Assembly (NCBI GenBank): GCA_041686025.1
Contig: JAWLEP010000055.1
Span: forward strand, 1 to 15,667
DNA length: 15,667 bases
Direction of reading: 5' to 3'
Source: Candidatus Fermentibacteraceae bacterium
Lineage (GTDB): Bacteria > Fermentibacterota > Fermentibacteria > Fermentibacterales > JCC-6
The notes under the pieces are model-generated. The model saw only the letters and a program-made list of their open reading frames with translations, was not told where the DNA came from and ran no database searches. This document shows, one piece after another, positions 13,992 through 15,667 of this stretch. Made by a program: the position numbers and the translations under genes. How positions within the stretch are numbered: the first letter of the stretch is position 1; each line of letters starts with the position of its first letter.

Positions 13992-15667
13992 TCCAGGGGG
14001 AGAAGGGGAGCTGACTCCAGGGTCAGCTCCAGCTCCATTCCCGACCGGCGCACCAGGAGGTCCACCTCCCTGCCGGGCCTCTCCGGCAGAAGGCGGTTCA
14101 GCGTGTCCAGGCCGGAGGGGCCTACCGGCACCCCGTCCACCGATACCAGCACGTCGTCCTCCCTCATCCCAGCCAGGTCGGCGGGCGATCCTTCCAGGAC
14201 CCGGTTCACAACCAGGCGGCCTCCCCGTATTCTGACCCCGAAGCCGGTGACGTCCTCGGGCAGGCCCTCATCGTACAGCTCCGAAGGCTCCAGTATCACC
14301 CGCTGCCGGCGGTAGTCCAGCCAGAGGCGGAAGCGGGCCAGTATCCGGTTTCCGGCGATGCCGTCGTACTCATCCAGGGCCGCCGTTCCCGGGAACCGGC
14401 TGCAGAGGCCGGCCGGCACCGCGTAGTCCGCCAGCTCCAGCTCCCCGGCCCGGAAGACCAGGGCGGTGTCCTCGCCGCCCACACCCTCCACGGTGCTTTC
14501 CAGAAACTCCCGGTCCTGCAGGAAGCCCGGGTTGGACTCGAAGAAGGACGGGGTCAGATGCAGCGCGCCCCCGGCCCCGGTGTCCAGCAGCAGCCTGACC
14601 TCTATGGAGTCCTCCAGGACGGCACCGAAGCTCAGCAGGCTCATGCTCTGCTCAACCGGCAGCTCCCGGCCGTCTCCTTCGTACTCGAAGACCTCCGGGT
14701 CGTAGAGGGCGATGGTCTCCTCGCCGTAGTCGATCCTGGTGACGAAGCGGCTCAGCAGGTCGTAGCCCACCACCATTCCGATGTGCATGCCGGTGGAGGG
14801 GTAGAACCGCTGGTCCAGGTTCATCACCGCCAGCTTCTGCCCCCGGATCACCGCCGGACCCAGCCGGTACTCGGGCAGCTCCACGAAGGAGAAGCTGCTG
14901 GTCCCCCCCACCCCCTGGGCGGCGAACTCCCCCACCGGCTCCAGGCCCAGCTCCTCTGCCAGGGCCGAGTCGATCACCGTTGCCCCGGCGCCGCTGTCCA
15001 GGAGGCAGGTGACCTCCCGGCCGGCGATTCGGCCGTCTATGTAGATGTGCTCCCCGGAGAGGGTGAAGGGGAACGGCTCACCCTGGGTCTCCAGCTCCCA
15101 GTCGGCCCCGCCCGGGGTAAGGGAGAAGACGCTGTCGGGGACGGGGCGGTCCAGCTCGGTGCGGATGTTGGAGGTGACTATGGCCTGCCCCATGGCCGGC
15201 AGCGTGTCCCTGGTGGCGGAGGGCACCATGACCCCATCCACCTCCCGCCAGCCGGAGGGGTAGGAGAGGGCCCTCATCCCCATGATCTCCGTGGACTGAA
15301 GGACCGGGAGCCAGTCATCGCGGGAGAGGAACACGGTGAAGGGCTGCTGTGAGTCCACCCGCAGGGCCACTGCCTCCTCGGCCTCGATGGTGGTGTCGCC
15401 GCCGAGGGAGATCCTCCCCCGGGGCTCCAGGAAGACGTCGTAGAACATGGTGAGCCTGGCCATCTCGGCCTCGGTCCTGGCCTGGGGGTCCCCGGCGGTG
15501 ATGCGGCCGTTGCGGTCCACCGACCAGACGCTGTCCCCCAGCATCAGCACCTCCTGGCGCACCGGGCCCACCTCCACCACCGTCCTTCCCCGGAAGGGGC
15601 TGCGGGTGTACCAGGACTCCACCGTCCCGGACAGGCCCGCCATGTGAATGCTGTCCAGCGTATGCAC
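13988..15667 (-). CDS. Aspartyl protease with two retropepsin-like domains and a C-terminal PDZ domain (5' end outside the window)
   Basis: LLDSGAGATVID followed by GMVVGYDLLSRF, a second LLDTGAGG followed by GIAGNRILARF, and PDZ GFGVRI...VLEGSPADLAGMREDDVLVSVDG. The frame is open to the window end. Its stop overlaps the thiL stop in a shared CTAG (13988-13991). Confidence 0.88.
   Translation of the reverse strand: MHTLDSIHMAGLSGTVESWYTRSPFRGRTVVEVGPVRQEVLMLGDSVWSVDRNGRITAGDPQARTEAEMARLTMFYDVFLEPRGRISLGGDTTIEAEEAVALRVDSQQPFTVFLSRDDWLPVLQSTEIMGMRALSYPSGWREVDGVMVPSATRDTLPAMGQAIVTSNIRTELDRPVPDSVFSLTPGGADWELETQGEPFPFTLSGEHIYIDGRIAGREVTCLLDSGAGATVIDSALAEELGLEPVGEFAAQGVGGTSSFSFVELPEYRLGPAVIRGQKLAVMNLDQRFYPSTGMHIGMVVGYDLLSRFVTRIDYGEETIALYDPEVFEYEGDGRELPVEQSMSLLSFGAVLEDSIEVRLLLDTGAGGALHLTPSFFESNPGFLQDREFLESTVEGVGGEDTALVFRAGELELADYAVPAGLCSRFPGTAALDEYDGIAGNRILARFRLWLDYRRQRVILEPSELYDEGLPEDVTGFGVRIRGGRLVVNRVLEGSPADLAGMREDDVLVSVDGVPVGPSGLDTLNRLLPERPGREVDLLVRRSGMELELTLESAPLLPLD

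Overview
High-GC bacterial chromosomal window. A T9SS-like C-terminal domain on a gingipain-family protein suggests an FCB-group lineage such as Ca. Fermentibacteria; this is inference only. Gene order: 5' part of a secreted protein (-), a ~550-bp AT-richer intergenic segment, glnA (+), a 1760-aa multidomain C25 (gingipain-like) protease (-), an apparent operon of S9 lipoprotein peptidase, cobO/btuR and a small outer-membrane beta-barrel (+), rlmN (-), mtnP-thiL (+), and a 5'-truncated double-retropepsin/PDZ protease (-). The genes belong to recognisable families, so most unexplained signal is non-coding. It comprises a perfect 36-bp inverted repeat that supplies the RlmN C-terminus and stop codon, two outward-facing promoter-like sites sharing TTGACG-N7/8-CATTGTCC(A/G)GAT around the AT-rich segment, a dyad pairing the C25 start codon with its own leader, and a 3x17-nt tandem repeat in the mtnP leader. 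No tRNA, rRNA, CRISPR array or transposase was seen. I cannot establish a new biological system from sequence alone; candidates are scored below.
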